The translations under genes were made by a program, and so were the position numbers. This document shows, piece after piece, positions 10,501-21,124 of a stretch of 44,088 nt of DNA. Under the pieces are notes generated by a model. The model made no database searches and was not told the origin of the DNA. It saw nothing but the letters and a program-made list of their open reading frames with translations. The DNA comes from a virus (lineage: Duplodnaviria > Heunggongvirae > Uroviricota > Caudoviricetes): positions 1 through 44,088 of the IMG/VR virus record IMGVR_UViG_2541047912_000004. One strand, written 5' to 3'. Every line of letters starts with the position of its first letter. Position 1 is the first letter of the stretch.

Positions 10501-11450
10501 TGCTCCGCAATGATTTTGATGGTTGTGGCAGTAAACGACGCACCATTCGACTGAACGGTTAACGTACTGCCATTTGTGGCAAGAAAGCCGTCTTTATCCA
10601 CACTGAAGAACGTAGCTAACAAGATGTTATCGGTTGTTGTCGCTGAGTTGCGACTGCTTACCAGTGTGTCAGGAACAGAACCTGAAAATGTTAGTTGCAT
10701 TGACCTGTTGGCGGTTCCGCTGGGCCACGTCCCGACGATCGACAGCTTGAAGAACAAGGTTTTGTTCTCGTTGAACACAACCATCTTGTTGTTAACGGTG
10801 TCGAAGAATGGTGCCAACGTGCCGGATGACGGCGTGAGCGTTTTCAGCAGGCTAACAAGGTTGGTCGGCGCTGTCGGGATGGTTACCGATACTCCTGAGT
10901 AAACAACCTCTGATTTCTTGCGCGTGGTGGCATACTCAAGCGCAGATATTCTTGTTGAGTGATCACCAACTGTGCTTTGTAGCGTCGAAATACTTCCCTC
11001 TGCCGCTGTGAGCCTGGTATCAAGTGCGTCGATATCGGTTGTATTCTGAGTTATTCGCGCATCATGGTTTGCTAACTCAGATTCATTGGCAGCAATTCGC
11101 GTCTCGTGATCAGCCAGCTCTGTTTCGGCAGCCGTAATCCTTGTTTCATGATCTGCAAGAGTGCTTTCCGCTGCTGCAATTCTATGTTCATGATTGATGA
11201 GAGTTGCTTCAGCAGCTTCAATTCTGGATTCATGGTCTGCAAGGGTGACATCCTGCTCATCATTCTTCACCTGTGCATCATAAGCCCCCTTCCCTGCTTC
11301 GTTGGCCTTGTTAGCCACGTTACCAACATCAGTGCCCTGTGCGATAACGTAAAGCAGATACGACTGCGAGAAGATATTGCGTGGAAGAACTGATGTATCG
11401 AGCCGCGTAGCCTGGATGATTACTGGCTCATTGAGATTCGAATCAGCCAT
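10497..11450 (-). CDS. Tail needle protein (gp26-like trimeric coiled coil) with an extended C-terminal domain
   Basis: Strong heptad repeats ([55 protein letters not shown]). 317 aa, longer than P22 gp26, consistent with a C-terminal knob. ATGA overlap with the upstream gene. Confidence 0.7.
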   Translation of the reverse strand: MADSNLNEPVIIQATRLDTSVLPRNIFSQSYLLYVIAQGTDVGNVANKANEAGKGAYDAQVKNDEQDVTLADHESRIEAAEATLINHEHRIAAAESTLADHETRITAAETELADHETRIAANESELANHDARITQNTTDIDALDTRLTAAEGSISTLQSTVGDHSTRISALEYATTRKKSEVVYSGVSVTIPTAPTNLVSLLKTLTPSSGTLAPFFDTVNNKMVVFNENKTLFFKLSIVGTWPSGTANRSMQLTFSGSVPDTLVSSRNSATTTDNILLATFFSVDKDGFLATNGSTLTVQSNGASFTATTIKIIAEQ

Positions 11451-12868
11451 TACTCAATCCTTATCTGGCAGCCAGACAGAGTGACAGGTGACTTCGTGAT
11501 AACGCGCAATTTGAATCCGACATTTTTCCTGATGCGCCCGACTCGCTTCCACAAAACGCGTTTGTCGTAAACGAACGGTTCATTCTGCTCAATCATCTGC
11601 TCACGTCCGTAATTGATGCCGTCAGTGGTTGCAGAGAGAAAAAGGCGGTCGGCGTACTGCGCAACGCCAGTTGACGATTCAACCTCAAAGTCAAACACCC
11701 TGGCGTTATCCGCTTTGAACAACGGAGTAAACAGCAGGTGTTCCTGTTGCTTGTCGTACTGACTGCTGATATCGAATTGCAATTTCCCGGTCACCGATTC
11801 CAGCTTATCGCCGCACGTTATCTGATTTCCTTCGTAAATGAAGTCGATAGCGCGGTACACATCGTCATACAGTCCTGTTTTCAACACACACCATTGCGGA
11901 CCATTGGCGCTTGAAGATGCGTCGTAAACAAGAACATGGCGCGGAAGATGGATAATCAGCAGCTCATGCGCATCAAATCGCAGAGACTCCATCACACCAT
12001 CAGCCAGTTCATCAGCAGTGTAGGAGCGTAGTATTTTCTCAATGCTCGCGCTGGCGATTGGTGATACCTGACCAGAGCCGATGATGTACACAGACGGCGC
12101 ACCTGTTGCCGGATTGCTGATGAACGCATATGAATCAGAGAATGGCGTTTTGCAGTAAGTCCCGGCAATGCCTTTCTGCACCATCAGCGATGGCTGAGCG
12201 ACATACAAAGCAGCACCAACTGTGGTTGCACCAGTCAGGGAGAAATATTCAATCGTCGATGAACCAAAGCAGACGATGAAGTCTCGCCATGTGCCGATAC
12301 CGATGATGCCGTCCGGCTGCGATTCTGCGCGATATTGTGCGCTGTAACGGTCAGGATGCGATTCGTCTTCAAGGTCAGTGATAAACCATGAATCAGTTCC
12401 GTCTTTTGACCACGCATAACGCCCGCGTAAGCGCGTAATGTCACGAACAGAACCTAACTCATACTGCGTGAATCCGCTATCTGTAGGCCAGTTTGAGACG
12501 GTTTTAACCGTGCCATCATAGCGGTATTCGACCAGTTGCCCGTTAACACCTACCGCCTGTGATGTCCGACCATGAGCCATTGATACACGACCACTTCCGG
12601 CAACGTCACCGACTTCACTTTCGCCTTTGTACAGCTTGCCACCACACACGCGATAAACAGCATTCTGCGCCATGTTGTACTCGACGCCGCGCGATACACC
12701 GTTTACATCAGAGCGTTTGGCAATGCCAGGGAATGAGCGAAGATATCCGCTGCTGTTCAGGATTTCTTTGGGTGTAGCCAGCATATTCACTGGCAGATAG
12801 TCGATATAGTCGGCGTTTCGAAAGTCTTTTCCGACACCTTTCATAAGCGGAAGTTGCTGAATCGGCAT
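11450..12868 (-). CDS. Tail accessory protein, P22 gp10-like
   Basis: 472 aa, identical in length to P22 gp10 as I recall it, and at the conserved position between the gp4-like gene and the needle. Confidence 0.6.
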   Translation of the reverse strand: MPIQQLPLMKGVGKDFRNADYIDYLPVNMLATPKEILNSSGYLRSFPGIAKRSDVNGVSRGVEYNMAQNAVYRVCGGKLYKGESEVGDVAGSGRVSMAHGRTSQAVGVNGQLVEYRYDGTVKTVSNWPTDSGFTQYELGSVRDITRLRGRYAWSKDGTDSWFITDLEDESHPDRYSAQYRAESQPDGIIGIGTWRDFIVCFGSSTIEYFSLTGATTVGAALYVAQPSLMVQKGIAGTYCKTPFSDSYAFISNPATGAPSVYIIGSGQVSPIASASIEKILRSYTADELADGVMESLRFDAHELLIIHLPRHVLVYDASSSANGPQWCVLKTGLYDDVYRAIDFIYEGNQITCGDKLESVTGKLQFDISSQYDKQQEHLLFTPLFKADNARVFDFEVESSTGVAQYADRLFLSATTDGINYGREQMIEQNEPFVYDKRVLWKRVGRIRKNVGFKLRVITKSPVTLSGCQIRIE

Positions 12869-12877
12869 TTATTCACC

Positions 12878-13339
12878 TCACGTACTCGGATCATCTTTCT
12901 CGATGTAAAACCGATTCCACGTAAACGCGCTTTTGTTACCACTACCGCGAGGCATGTCATTTCGCCGCTCAAGTGGTGGTATTTTGGTTAAAGCGATGCA
13001 GATTGTCTGATATGCACTGTCAGCAGCGGTAAGGAGAGCGTCTGACGGCTGAATGACGTTATCCATGCACACTTGCACAGCGAGTTTCAAAGCGACGCCA
13101 TCATTTGCCCATGCAGGGATACCTGAATCATCGTCAGGTAACGGCATGATGCCGTTTTCTGTATCAGCAAACTGATACCCAAGCTCGATACCTTTTGCCT
13201 GCCATGCTGCCATCATGTCTTCGAGGTCATTAATGGCATCTTCAATTGCCTGAGGGTCAGCATCTGTCAACGTGGCATTGGAATACAGCCCAGCTTTTCG
13301 TAAAGCCTTTAGAACGAGATCACCCTTCGTTTTCGCCAT
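12878..13339 (-). CDS. Tail accessory (portal-closure) protein, P22 gp4-like
   Basis: 153-aa protein directly downstream of the coat region and upstream of the gp10-like gene. Confidence 0.6.
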   Translation of the reverse strand: MAKTKGDLVLKALRKAGLYSNATLTDADPQAIEDAINDLEDMMAAWQAKGIELGYQFADTENGIMPLPDDDSGIPAWANDGVALKLAVQVCMDNVIQPSDALLTAADSAYQTICIALTKIPPLERRNDMPRGSGNKSAFTWNRFYIEKDDPST

Positions 13340-13508
13340 CTTCTTCCGCCTTAGCCACTTTTTGCTTCGTTGCGGTTTCTTCAGGGGTTTTTACCCAGCC
13401 TTTTTTCAGGTGAGATTTAACTTCTTCGTCATCAACAATGATGTAATCGACAGCAAACTGACCACAGGTGATCATGTTTCCAGGCTTATAGAGCATTGTT
13501 CGTGCCAT
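13320..13508 (-). CDS. Small hypothetical protein between coat and gp4-like genes
   Basis: ORF of 75 aa in the track; the likely start is the internal ATG at 13506..13508 (MARTMLYKPGN..). Acidic C-terminus. Overlaps the gp4-like start by 20 nt. Confidence 0.3.
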   Translation of the reverse strand: MARTMLYKPGNMITCGQFAVDYIIVDDEEVKSHLKKGWVKTPEETATKQKVAKAEEDGENEG

Positions 13509-13549
13509 TGTCTTCTCCCAATAAAAATGGGGCCGAAGCCCCACCAAAA

Positions 13550-14803
13550 TTACTGCCCAGCAATAACGATGCCCGTATATTCAGGAACAAGTACAGAGCA
13601 ACCGTACAGAGTGGTGAAACGAGCAGTGGTTGCGCCTTTGATGTGGTCGAAGGCGTAAGACATGATCAGCGTAGCGCCCTGCTCGGTGGTTGCTGTCATT
13701 ACCTGTGGACCCTGACCAGTCGGGAACGCCAGTTTGCCGTACATCAGCTCAACAGAACCATCAGCCCAGAACAGGTTAGCAGGTGCTGCGTTCTTGTTGA
13801 GAATGGTGATTGCTGCTGATGCTGCCGGTTTGGCATCGACGTTTGCATATGGACGACTCGCAACATCGGTATTTTCAACAGGGAGAATCTTTGGAGAGAT
13901 TGTTACGGTAGTTCCGCTAACAGCCAGAACACGGAATACCTGCGGTTGCCCGGTGGTATCTTTTGTGATCTGGTGTACGGAATTCACACCGGCAATGGTG
14001 AACGCATCACCAACCTGCAAGCCAGATGCAGATACCGTAATAGTCCCCTGTCGGTTATCAACTGGCATACCATTTGAATCTTTCGCTTCAACCTTGTGTT
14101 CAGGTTGGTCTGATACTGTCAAGGATTCAGCGCTTCCTTTCGGTAATCGACCAGAAATATCGGTCTTGTAGCTATCAAAGGAAGCAACCGGAGGGATCTG
14201 CGCTTTTTCGTATGCTGTCAGGGTTGCGCCCTGAGCGTAGGCACGGTGACCAAGCTCGCCAGCAAGGTCTTTGTAGTTGAAGGGGTTCCAGAAAGAGCGA
14301 CGGTTGATACCCTGAGGTACACCAATCGCCGTCATGGTGGCATCAATATCTGCCGCACCATTCCACAAGGCAAGGCCCCGTGAGCCATTTTCTGAGGCAG
14401 GAATTGCGACCACGTTAGTAGCACGCTGCGTGACCATGGAAATCAGGTCAGAGTCAATCTGTGCAGCAAGGCGCATACCTGCGGCGCGACCAGCTTCAGT
14501 TTTATGTTCCGGGTCACGCATTTCACGCGCATCCAGAGTGTACAGAATGTTTTTCGGCTCCTTGAACACAGAAGGAACAAGGCGCTGAACCAGTGCTGTA
14601 GGCGTTTTGCTGCTGAGATCGAGGCCTTCCTCAATGTTCATGTGGTAATGCTGCGGACGATACAGAACATCACCTGCTCGCTGCATTGCTGTATCACCGG
14701 GACGGAATTTTTTAGCGTTACGGGAAACTACGCAGGCGGACTCAAAGCCTTCAACGTAGTTTTCGAACATGATTTCAAGGTCTTTTGCTAATTGGTTAGC
14801 CAT
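13550..14803 (-). CDS. Major capsid (coat) protein, P22 gp5 / Sf6 gp5-like
   Basis: 417 aa at the coat position downstream of the scaffold gene. Size and position match P22-like coats; sequence identity not verified. Confidence 0.75.
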   Translation of the reverse strand: MANQLAKDLEIMFENYVEGFESACVVSRNAKKFRPGDTAMQRAGDVLYRPQHYHMNIEEGLDLSSKTPTALVQRLVPSVFKEPKNILYTLDAREMRDPEHKTEAGRAAGMRLAAQIDSDLISMVTQRATNVVAIPASENGSRGLALWNGAADIDATMTAIGVPQGINRRSFWNPFNYKDLAGELGHRAYAQGATLTAYEKAQIPPVASFDSYKTDISGRLPKGSAESLTVSDQPEHKVEAKDSNGMPVDNRQGTITVSASGLQVGDAFTIAGVNSVHQITKDTTGQPQVFRVLAVSGTTVTISPKILPVENTDVASRPYANVDAKPAASAAITILNKNAAPANLFWADGSVELMYGKLAFPTGQGPQVMTATTEQGATLIMSYAFDHIKGATTARFTTLYGCSVLVPEYTGIVIAGQ

Positions 14804-14821
14804 GCTTAATGCTCCGATAGG

Positions 14822-15715
14822 TTATTTTTTTGCCTTTTTAGCGGCGAAATACGGCGTCCAGTCACCAGTTTCCAGCGCCTTGGCTTTCAATTTGTCGAGG
14901 TTGTTGATTACTGCGCCGTTGCTCCCCTTAACTGTCGGGGTTGTGGCTGCCGTGGTTTTTGCTTTTGGCATGATTCTGGCCTTCGATTCGATACGTTCCA
15001 GCAGACGACCAATTGCTACGGGGTTGGTAGCTTCTGCCAGTTGCTTGCGCAGTTCAGCGTTGCGACCGAGTGCCAGAACAACGATTTCCGGCTTCTCTGA
15101 CTCAAACAGGATCGCGTTTTGTGTCTCGATGGGGATTTCCTCGAGTACGGCCTGCTCAGCTTCCTGATAGCCAGGAACTTTGAGAGCCTTAACACGTTGC
15201 TGATATTTGGATAATCGCTCTTGATAGGCAGCCTGAAGCTCCTGCTCCTTCTGCTTGCGAGCCATCTCCTGTTGCTGGTACTTGCCGTTATCCTCTGCCC
15301 ACTTAGCCATGCGTTGCTGGTAGATTTCTTCATCGAAACCGATGTCCTCATCATCCAGTTTTGGCATTCGCGGTGGTTGAGTGATTACCGGCTGCTGCTC
15401 GACGGGTTTCTGAGACTGACGCATCAGCTCTTTCAGCTCGCGGTCTTTCTCTTTAATCGTCTTGCGCAGGTGTTTTACCAGTCCATGCTCTGCGCTATCT
15501 TCGCTGGTTGGCGAATCCAGCTTTTCGTCACCAAAGTAGAATTCCTGTTCTGATTCGTCGTCATCAGTTTCAGTAGCTTCCTCTGCATCATTGCCGGAGG
15601 ACTCACTGCCATCTTCTGTTTCGACTTCTTCAGCCAGCTCGACATCATCAGGAATCTGCTCTGACGCGTCGGTTTCGATTTCAACTTCTGGTGTGTTTTC
15701 TGCCATCTGGTCCAT
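14822..15715 (-). CDS. Scaffolding protein
   Basis: 297-aa protein with a highly acidic N-terminus and charged helical repeats, between the portal and coat genes. Confidence 0.7.
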   Translation of the reverse strand: MDQMAENTPEVEIETDASEQIPDDVELAEEVETEDGSESSGNDAEEATETDDDESEQEFYFGDEKLDSPTSEDSAEHGLVKHLRKTIKEKDRELKELMRQSQKPVEQQPVITQPPRMPKLDDEDIGFDEEIYQQRMAKWAEDNGKYQQQEMARKQKEQELQAAYQERLSKYQQRVKALKVPGYQEAEQAVLEEIPIETQNAILFESEKPEIVVLALGRNAELRKQLAEATNPVAIGRLLERIESKARIMPKAKTTAATTPTVKGSNGAVINNLDKLKAKALETGDWTPYFAAKKAKK

Positions 15716-15805
15716 TTGTTACCCCTGTTTACTCGATGTTCAGCCCATCGGAAGGCAATAGGGTGCCAGGCCTCATAAAGACAGCCATTGCACGTTATGG
15801 GTTAA

Positions 15806-18004
15806 TTACTGCTGTGGTTGTTGCTGAGTTGATTTTTGCAGGATGCTGCTGATGTCCATGCGCTGCGCATGGCCCTGAGCCTGACTTTTCAGGACAAGCT
15901 CTGCATCAGCACGGGCATTATCTCCTTGCTGTTGCTGGAACTGTCCGAGCAGTTTCAGAGCCTCGCGTATATCAGATTTCTGCTGGCTATCGGCAGATGC
16001 GAGGATTTTCACAACATTTGCCGCTGCAACCTGAGCATCAGTCTGTGCCTGGAATGCTTTAACCTGAATGGCTGCTTGTTCGTTCTGCGCTTTCTGCAAT
16101 TCAGCCTGACCAGCAAGAAGCTGACCTTGCGCAGCAACCATAGCCGGATCTGGCTGACTGGCCTGTTGTTGTTTCGCCTGCTCAACCATTTGCTGTTCTT
16201 CAGGCGTTCTCGGCTTGATAACGCCAGACAGAAGCAACTGATTGCGGTTGTATTCTTTCAGGTCTTCCATCCCTTCGCCGTCCATATTGTCGAGAATCAT
16301 CGACGATACAAGGTCATGCTTCGGCGTTCCTGGCGGGATAAGTGCCAGCATGGAAAGTAACGACTTAACCGTTGCATCACGGCGAGTAGCGAACGACTGA
16401 CCGACATCGACAGTCACTTCATAGTTACCCTGCGAAAGGTCGTTAAGCGCGATAACCTGCCCTGTCTGACGGTCAACCACTTCACCAGTCATCAGCGCCA
16501 CGTCATCGCTGCCGTCCTCATTAACGATACGCATCGGCGTATCACTGCCATAGACCTCACGCGCCATAGAAAGCCACACGACGCCAGCGCGGCGCATGGA
16601 TTTAGCCATGTTGTCCATGTAGATATAGGACTGCGTGTCCATCCGGTTAAAGATGCTATCAACGGTATCGGTGGCGACGTTGCTCGGCATGTTCTCAAGC
16701 TGCGACGCACCTGTAATTTGCTGAATAGCAGTTCCGGTGTACTGCAATAGCCCGGCAAGAGCAGGAGGCATTTGTGTTGTAGGCGTATAACTGCTGACCT
16801 GAGCCTGCGCAGTAATATCGCCGTTTTTGTTTTTCAGACTGACCATCGGCAGGAACGCCGGGCGCTTTTTGTTGCGCTCAGCCCAATGAGTAGCGAGAGG
16901 ACCAGGAATCATGTCAACATCAACTACAGGAATGCCATCACCGCCAGCCTGAGTAGCGTTATCTGCAATCATGGAAACCATCAGGTTCTCAAGACGCTGT
17001 GCATCCATCGCTTTTGCTGCGTGGCCTTCGATTCGCTCCTGATTATCAACAAATGAGCGACGCCCATATACCGGGATGAGAGGAATATGTTCGCCCGGAA
17101 TGCGCTTCGGTTCTTCCAGCCATTCAGCGCCAGACAGAAGACCGCAATAAACGCGGCGCTTCTTCACCGTTCGCTCGCCAATCAGTTCGAATGCACCATC
17201 GGTCAGCTCGTCGACAATATCTTTGATTTGCTCTTCATCATAGATTGCCGTTTCTCCGCTAACAGGGTTACGCCATGCTGTGAGCTTCACCTTCTCTATG
17301 CGAACTTCGTAGTAGCGACCAACATAGATAGCATCAGGAGTTGACCAGTCATATTGAGTGCCAGTGTCATCACGAGAAAGGCTTGCCGCGATGGAATCAG
17401 GGTATTCAGCCTCGAACGCTTTAGGCGTCATGGAGAACATTTCCATAGCCCACATAGCATCAGAGCGGTCATATTGCTTGCTGTCCTGATCGAAGAAGAC
17501 GCATGTCGCTGGGTCGTAAACAGGAAGAAGGCTTATACGGCGTTGCTCGTTACTCGGATCCATTTCATCTTCGTAATCGGCACACATGCGGAAACAACCG
17601 AATCCGCCCGTTACAGCATCATCAAATGCGTTATCACACGCTTCGCCACCGGATGTTTCCTGATAGTCAGCGCGGAATTTGCCGTTCATCTTTTCGGCCA
17701 ACGCTTCCGATGCCTTATCGTCCTTCGGCCTGAATTTAACGCTGATGCGATTCTGTCGATACTCGCCAATGATGCGATCACATTCACGGGCAATCTTATT
17801 CAGTTCAAAGCGCGGGTAATGCTCAAACCTGCCCTCATCAAATGAGTAACCAGCGTTTGTGCTGCCTTCCCACTGTGCGCCGGACACCCGTACGAAACGT
17901 TGAGCCTCAATAATCTGCTCACGCATATCCTGCGTTGCTGACCAGGCATTATCAAAGTTGCACAGCACCTTGCGATGCCAGTCAGTCATCTTTTTTTCTG
18001 CCAT
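15806..18004 (-). CDS. Portal protein (P22 gp1-like)
   Basis: 732 aa immediately downstream of the large terminase; glutamine-rich C-terminal barrel-like tail (..QQQGDN..QQQPQQ). Confidence 0.8.
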   Translation of the reverse strand: MAEKKMTDWHRKVLCNFDNAWSATQDMREQIIEAQRFVRVSGAQWEGSTNAGYSFDEGRFEHYPRFELNKIARECDRIIGEYRQNRISVKFRPKDDKASEALAEKMNGKFRADYQETSGGEACDNAFDDAVTGGFGCFRMCADYEDEMDPSNEQRRISLLPVYDPATCVFFDQDSKQYDRSDAMWAMEMFSMTPKAFEAEYPDSIAASLSRDDTGTQYDWSTPDAIYVGRYYEVRIEKVKLTAWRNPVSGETAIYDEEQIKDIVDELTDGAFELIGERTVKKRRVYCGLLSGAEWLEEPKRIPGEHIPLIPVYGRRSFVDNQERIEGHAAKAMDAQRLENLMVSMIADNATQAGGDGIPVVDVDMIPGPLATHWAERNKKRPAFLPMVSLKNKNGDITAQAQVSSYTPTTQMPPALAGLLQYTGTAIQQITGASQLENMPSNVATDTVDSIFNRMDTQSYIYMDNMAKSMRRAGVVWLSMAREVYGSDTPMRIVNEDGSDDVALMTGEVVDRQTGQVIALNDLSQGNYEVTVDVGQSFATRRDATVKSLLSMLALIPPGTPKHDLVSSMILDNMDGEGMEDLKEYNRNQLLLSGVIKPRTPEEQQMVEQAKQQQASQPDPAMVAAQGQLLAGQAELQKAQNEQAAIQVKAFQAQTDAQVAAANVVKILASADSQQKSDIREALKLLGQFQQQQGDNARADAELVLKSQAQGHAQRMDISSILQKSTQQQPQQ

Positions 18005-18005
18005 A

Positions 18006-19421
18006 TCAACCTACACCACAAGGAATTGAGTAACTGGAATAGTCTGGTTGCGCAACCGACTCCGGGCAATGCATACACATCATCAACGCATCAGCCAGGT
18101 TAGGAGATGGAATACCGAGCTTCTGCTTCATTTCGACCTTAGTCATTAGCTCCAGCTTCCCGTTGTTATTGAATTTGCGCTGAATCTGCGTCAGTTCTGC
18201 AAACAGTTTCTCCAGCATCTTCTCGCCTATCGCTTCTTTGTCGAAGCTCAGCATGTCGTCGGGGTCTGCATACTCACCGTGGACAACCGCCCGATATGTC
18301 AGATACAGCCTGTCAGCCAGCGCGTAATAGAATTGCGCTCGCTTATTGCGGAATACATCGCCAATAGTGCGAACGTTGTCACCCTGTACGACTTCATCAG
18401 CCCATGCTCCGGCCTGATACGGAGCATCTTCATCGAATGGCGATTCGCTGCCCTTGAACATCGTGGCGGTGATTTTCTTACCGGAGAACGCTTCCGTTGT
18501 CTGTCTGCGTAGCCCTGCACCGACACCATCGCCATCCCACAGGTAATGGTCAGCGCCGTCTTCAATCGCCAGCGAAGTAGCCCAGTCAGCACCCTCGTTG
18601 ATGTCCATCAGCAGACCTTCGGCAATGCGCTTAACTACCGAACCGTGACGCGATGCATAACCTTTAGCATCTGGCCCTGTATCTGATGGGTCATGCGCAG
18701 AGACAACAGCGCCTTTCGCTTTCCATCCGAGTTTCTTGTGCGCATCGGTTGCGGCTTCAAGCCATTCACGTTTGATGATTGCCATATCACTTGCGCTTAC
18801 TGGCTCACCAAGCCAGATGTGACGATACAGTGTCGGGTTTCTGCGTTTACACTCTTCCATCTCCAGACGGAGAACTTCAGGAAAGTGCGGGTTGTCGGTG
18901 TAGTTCACCGTCAGCAGACAAATATCATCGGGAGGGTTTACTACGAATCGCTGATAGGTATCGTCGAGGATGTTTTTCGGGTTGAAGCTCACCCATATTT
19001 CGGAAAATGGCTTGCGGATGGTTGGTATCAGGATATCCCATGATTCCTTCGTTACCGCTTCCGCTTCCTCCACCCAGCAGATATCAATGCCTTCGAGCGA
19101 TTTAATCTTCGTCGGGTTGTTTTTGATGCCGTAGAACATGAACTCAGCATTCGTCCCGAGATGACGAATCATGGAACGCTGAATTTCAAACTCAGCCGTA
19201 TACCCTTCACGCTCTATGGTGTCTTCAAGCAGCCGGATTACCGAATCGCTGATACTGTTTTGCAGTTCACGAGCGCAGAGAATACGCACTGGCTGCCGAC
19301 GCGCCGCTTCAACAAGCAGTCTCGCAATTGCCCATGATTTACCGCTACCTCGACCGCCTTTGGCGACTTTGTAGCGATGCGCCTCAATGAACGGTTCAAA
19401 GATAGGATTAATCGAGGTCAT
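18006..19421 (-). CDS. Terminase large subunit
   Basis: Walker A motif GGRGSGKSWAIARLL near the N-terminus; 471 aa; resembles the Sf6 gp2-type TerL. Confidence 0.9.
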   Translation of the reverse strand: MTSINPIFEPFIEAHRYKVAKGGRGSGKSWAIARLLVEAARRQPVRILCARELQNSISDSVIRLLEDTIEREGYTAEFEIQRSMIRHLGTNAEFMFYGIKNNPTKIKSLEGIDICWVEEAEAVTKESWDILIPTIRKPFSEIWVSFNPKNILDDTYQRFVVNPPDDICLLTVNYTDNPHFPEVLRLEMEECKRRNPTLYRHIWLGEPVSASDMAIIKREWLEAATDAHKKLGWKAKGAVVSAHDPSDTGPDAKGYASRHGSVVKRIAEGLLMDINEGADWATSLAIEDGADHYLWDGDGVGAGLRRQTTEAFSGKKITATMFKGSESPFDEDAPYQAGAWADEVVQGDNVRTIGDVFRNKRAQFYYALADRLYLTYRAVVHGEYADPDDMLSFDKEAIGEKMLEKLFAELTQIQRKFNNNGKLELMTKVEMKQKLGIPSPNLADALMMCMHCPESVAQPDYSSYSIPCGVG

Positions 19422-19858
19422 TTTCCGAATAGAGTACTCATCGGTGATGTTTCAATCTGGATTGCGCCGCCGTCTTTGCCTGTTAGCTCGTGATCAACCT
19501 TGTCGCGCCATTTATCCTTCTGTCGGTTCTTAAGCCAGAAGATGGCAGCTGTTGTATCAGGCGGGTAATACTTCTCAAGAGGAGTTTCGACAATTCTGTT
19601 TTCAATAACACGAATATCGATGTCTGGAGCCACGAAGCCCATAGCGCGTTGATAAAGACGGTCACTAACTTCTGCATCAGCGACGGCCTTACCCTTTTTT
19701 ATGGACTCCGAAAACTCAGGATAATCAAGCTTCCACTTGTTAATAGTTGACTCACTGACTTCGAAGAAATCAGCAAGCTCTGCATCGGTGTAGCCCAGCA
19801 AGCACAGTTTGCGTGCCTGTTCGGCATACGCCTCTTGATACTTTGTTGGGCGCGCCAT
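19418..19858 (-). CDS. Terminase small subunit (Sf6 gp1-like)
   Basis: 146 aa with an N-terminal helix-turn-helix-like region and a C-terminus GKDGGAIQIETSPMSTLFGK that matches my memory of Sf6 gp1. Overlaps the TerL start. Confidence 0.75.
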   Translation of the reverse strand: MARPTKYQEAYAEQARKLCLLGYTDAELADFFEVSESTINKWKLDYPEFSESIKKGKAVADAEVSDRLYQRAMGFVAPDIDIRVIENRIVETPLEKYYPPDTTAAIFWLKNRQKDKWRDKVDHELTGKDGGAIQIETSPMSTLFGK

Positions 19859-19860
19859 GT

Positions 19861-20103
19861 TTATGCTCCGGTGGTGAACAGGTCTAACGCTTCCTTCGAT
19901 TTACGCACCGCTTCGATAGTGCGGGTCGTGATATCTGAATTAGCGCCGCCTGACTGGAAGTGAATTTTGAATAGCTCAAGCTTCAGTTCGTCAGTGCCAA
20001 TGAACTGAAATGCTTCCTCTGCGGCTGCGTTCTGGTTCATGACCAGCTTGTAAATCTCTAACTGGAATTTCTGTTCTTCAGTCATGGGAATAATCTCTGC
20101 CAT
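19861..20103 (-). CDS. Small hypothetical protein upstream of the terminase genes (P22 ORF80-like position)
   Basis: 80-aa ORF with a GGAG Shine-Dalgarno, immediately upstream of terS. Confidence 0.4.
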   Translation of the reverse strand: MAEIIPMTEEQKFQLEIYKLVMNQNAAAEEAFQFIGTDELKLELFKIHFQSGGANSDITTRTIEAVRKSKEALDLFTTGA

Positions 20104-20430
20104 TGTTGGCTCCGTTTATCCGTTAAAAGGGATATCAGTTAAGTTATCCCGTGTAGGGTATAAGCCATTGTCGAGACCACTCATTGAATGGTCTCTGCAA
20201 TAACCGATGTCTTTCCATCAGTCCGCCACCACAAAGAATCTTTTTTGCCATAAGGCAGGAGGTTCATCTTTCAGTGGCTGCCAGTGTTATTCCCCCACTT
20301 ACTGGCTTGGGTTGTATCGCTGTACTGCCGTTAATTAGTGACCAGAAATTAACTCCGGTTTCATTATCAAGCCCACCAGTAGATGGGCTTTGTAATGAAG
20401 AGTTGTTATGAAAATTGCTCTAAACAAGCA

Positions 20431-20919
20431 TTAATAGCCATCAGAAGTAATCGCTACAGATTTCAATCCCTCAATGTCATCCTTGGACAGGGCGAACCAT
20501 TCACCGTGCTTTCTCTTTGCGGCAAATTTGCGATGAAGCATGTTTTCAGTTTCTCTTCCACCAGGGATCAGGCACTCAAGCTTCAAGCAGTCTGGTCCAG
20601 AGTTGCCAAGCGATTTGATGCGTTGTGGAATGTTGGATGAATACCCAATTTTGGTTAGCCCAGTTTTCTTCGATGACAAAACGTATACCTGAGGAGGTTC
20701 TTTTCTCTGGTCTTCCATTACACGTCTCATTGTTGCCATAAGTCCGCCGTGCATCAGCATTTCAACAAAGAACGCTGACCGAACACCTGACGACTTAAGC
20801 ATGCCAGAAAATTCACTTGCCAATTCCATTAACTCTGCGATGTTTTCAGGAACTTTTTGGCAGTTATCTTCCTTGTATAAGGAAATCATTCTTTGAAGCT
20901 TTTCTTCTAATTGGTTCAT
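20431..20919 (-). CDS. T5orf172 (GIY-YIG-like) domain protein; moron between the lysis and packaging genes
   Basis: The C-terminal half (VYVLSSKKTGLTKIGYSSNIPQRIKSL..HRKFAAKRKHGEWFALSKDD) fits the T5orf172/MUG113 domain pattern. Start set at the ATG 20917..20919 with an AAGG Shine-Dalgarno; the ORF track begins at a GTG 12 codons upstream. Preceded by an intrinsic terminator. Confidence 0.6.
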   Translation of the reverse strand: MNQLEEKLQRMISLYKEDNCQKVPENIAELMELASEFSGMLKSSGVRSAFFVEMLMHGGLMATMRRVMEDQRKEPPQVYVLSSKKTGLTKIGYSSNIPQRIKSLGNSGPDCLKLECLIPGGRETENMLHRKFAAKRKHGEWFALSKDDIEGLKSVAITSDGY

Positions 20920-21068
20920 AGCGTCTTTACCTTTTAGAAAGTGAGCCTGTCTCACAGAAAAGCCGCCCCGAGATGGTCGCCACCATATACGGCAGTTCTC
21001 AGGCTCAACTTTCTGAAAGGCTCGGGTGATGTAATATGCGCGTGAGATGCGCTGTGAAATTCAGATGT

Positions 21069-21093
21069 AAAAAAAGCCCCGCATCGCGAGGCT
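21069..21093 (-). terminator. Rho-independent terminator downstream of Rz
   Basis: GC-rich imperfect hairpin (gagcctcgcgatgcggggc on the minus strand) followed by a run of 7 U. Confidence 0.55.
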
Positions 21094-21124
21094 CATTAAA
21101 TGGACTTTGTGATTTGCAAAAAAA

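Noticed and set aside
15016-17845. Multiple 60-170-aa ORFs on both strands inside the scaffold and portal genes
   Set aside because: All are embedded within or antisense to long, well-supported structural genes and lack start signals; considered spurious.
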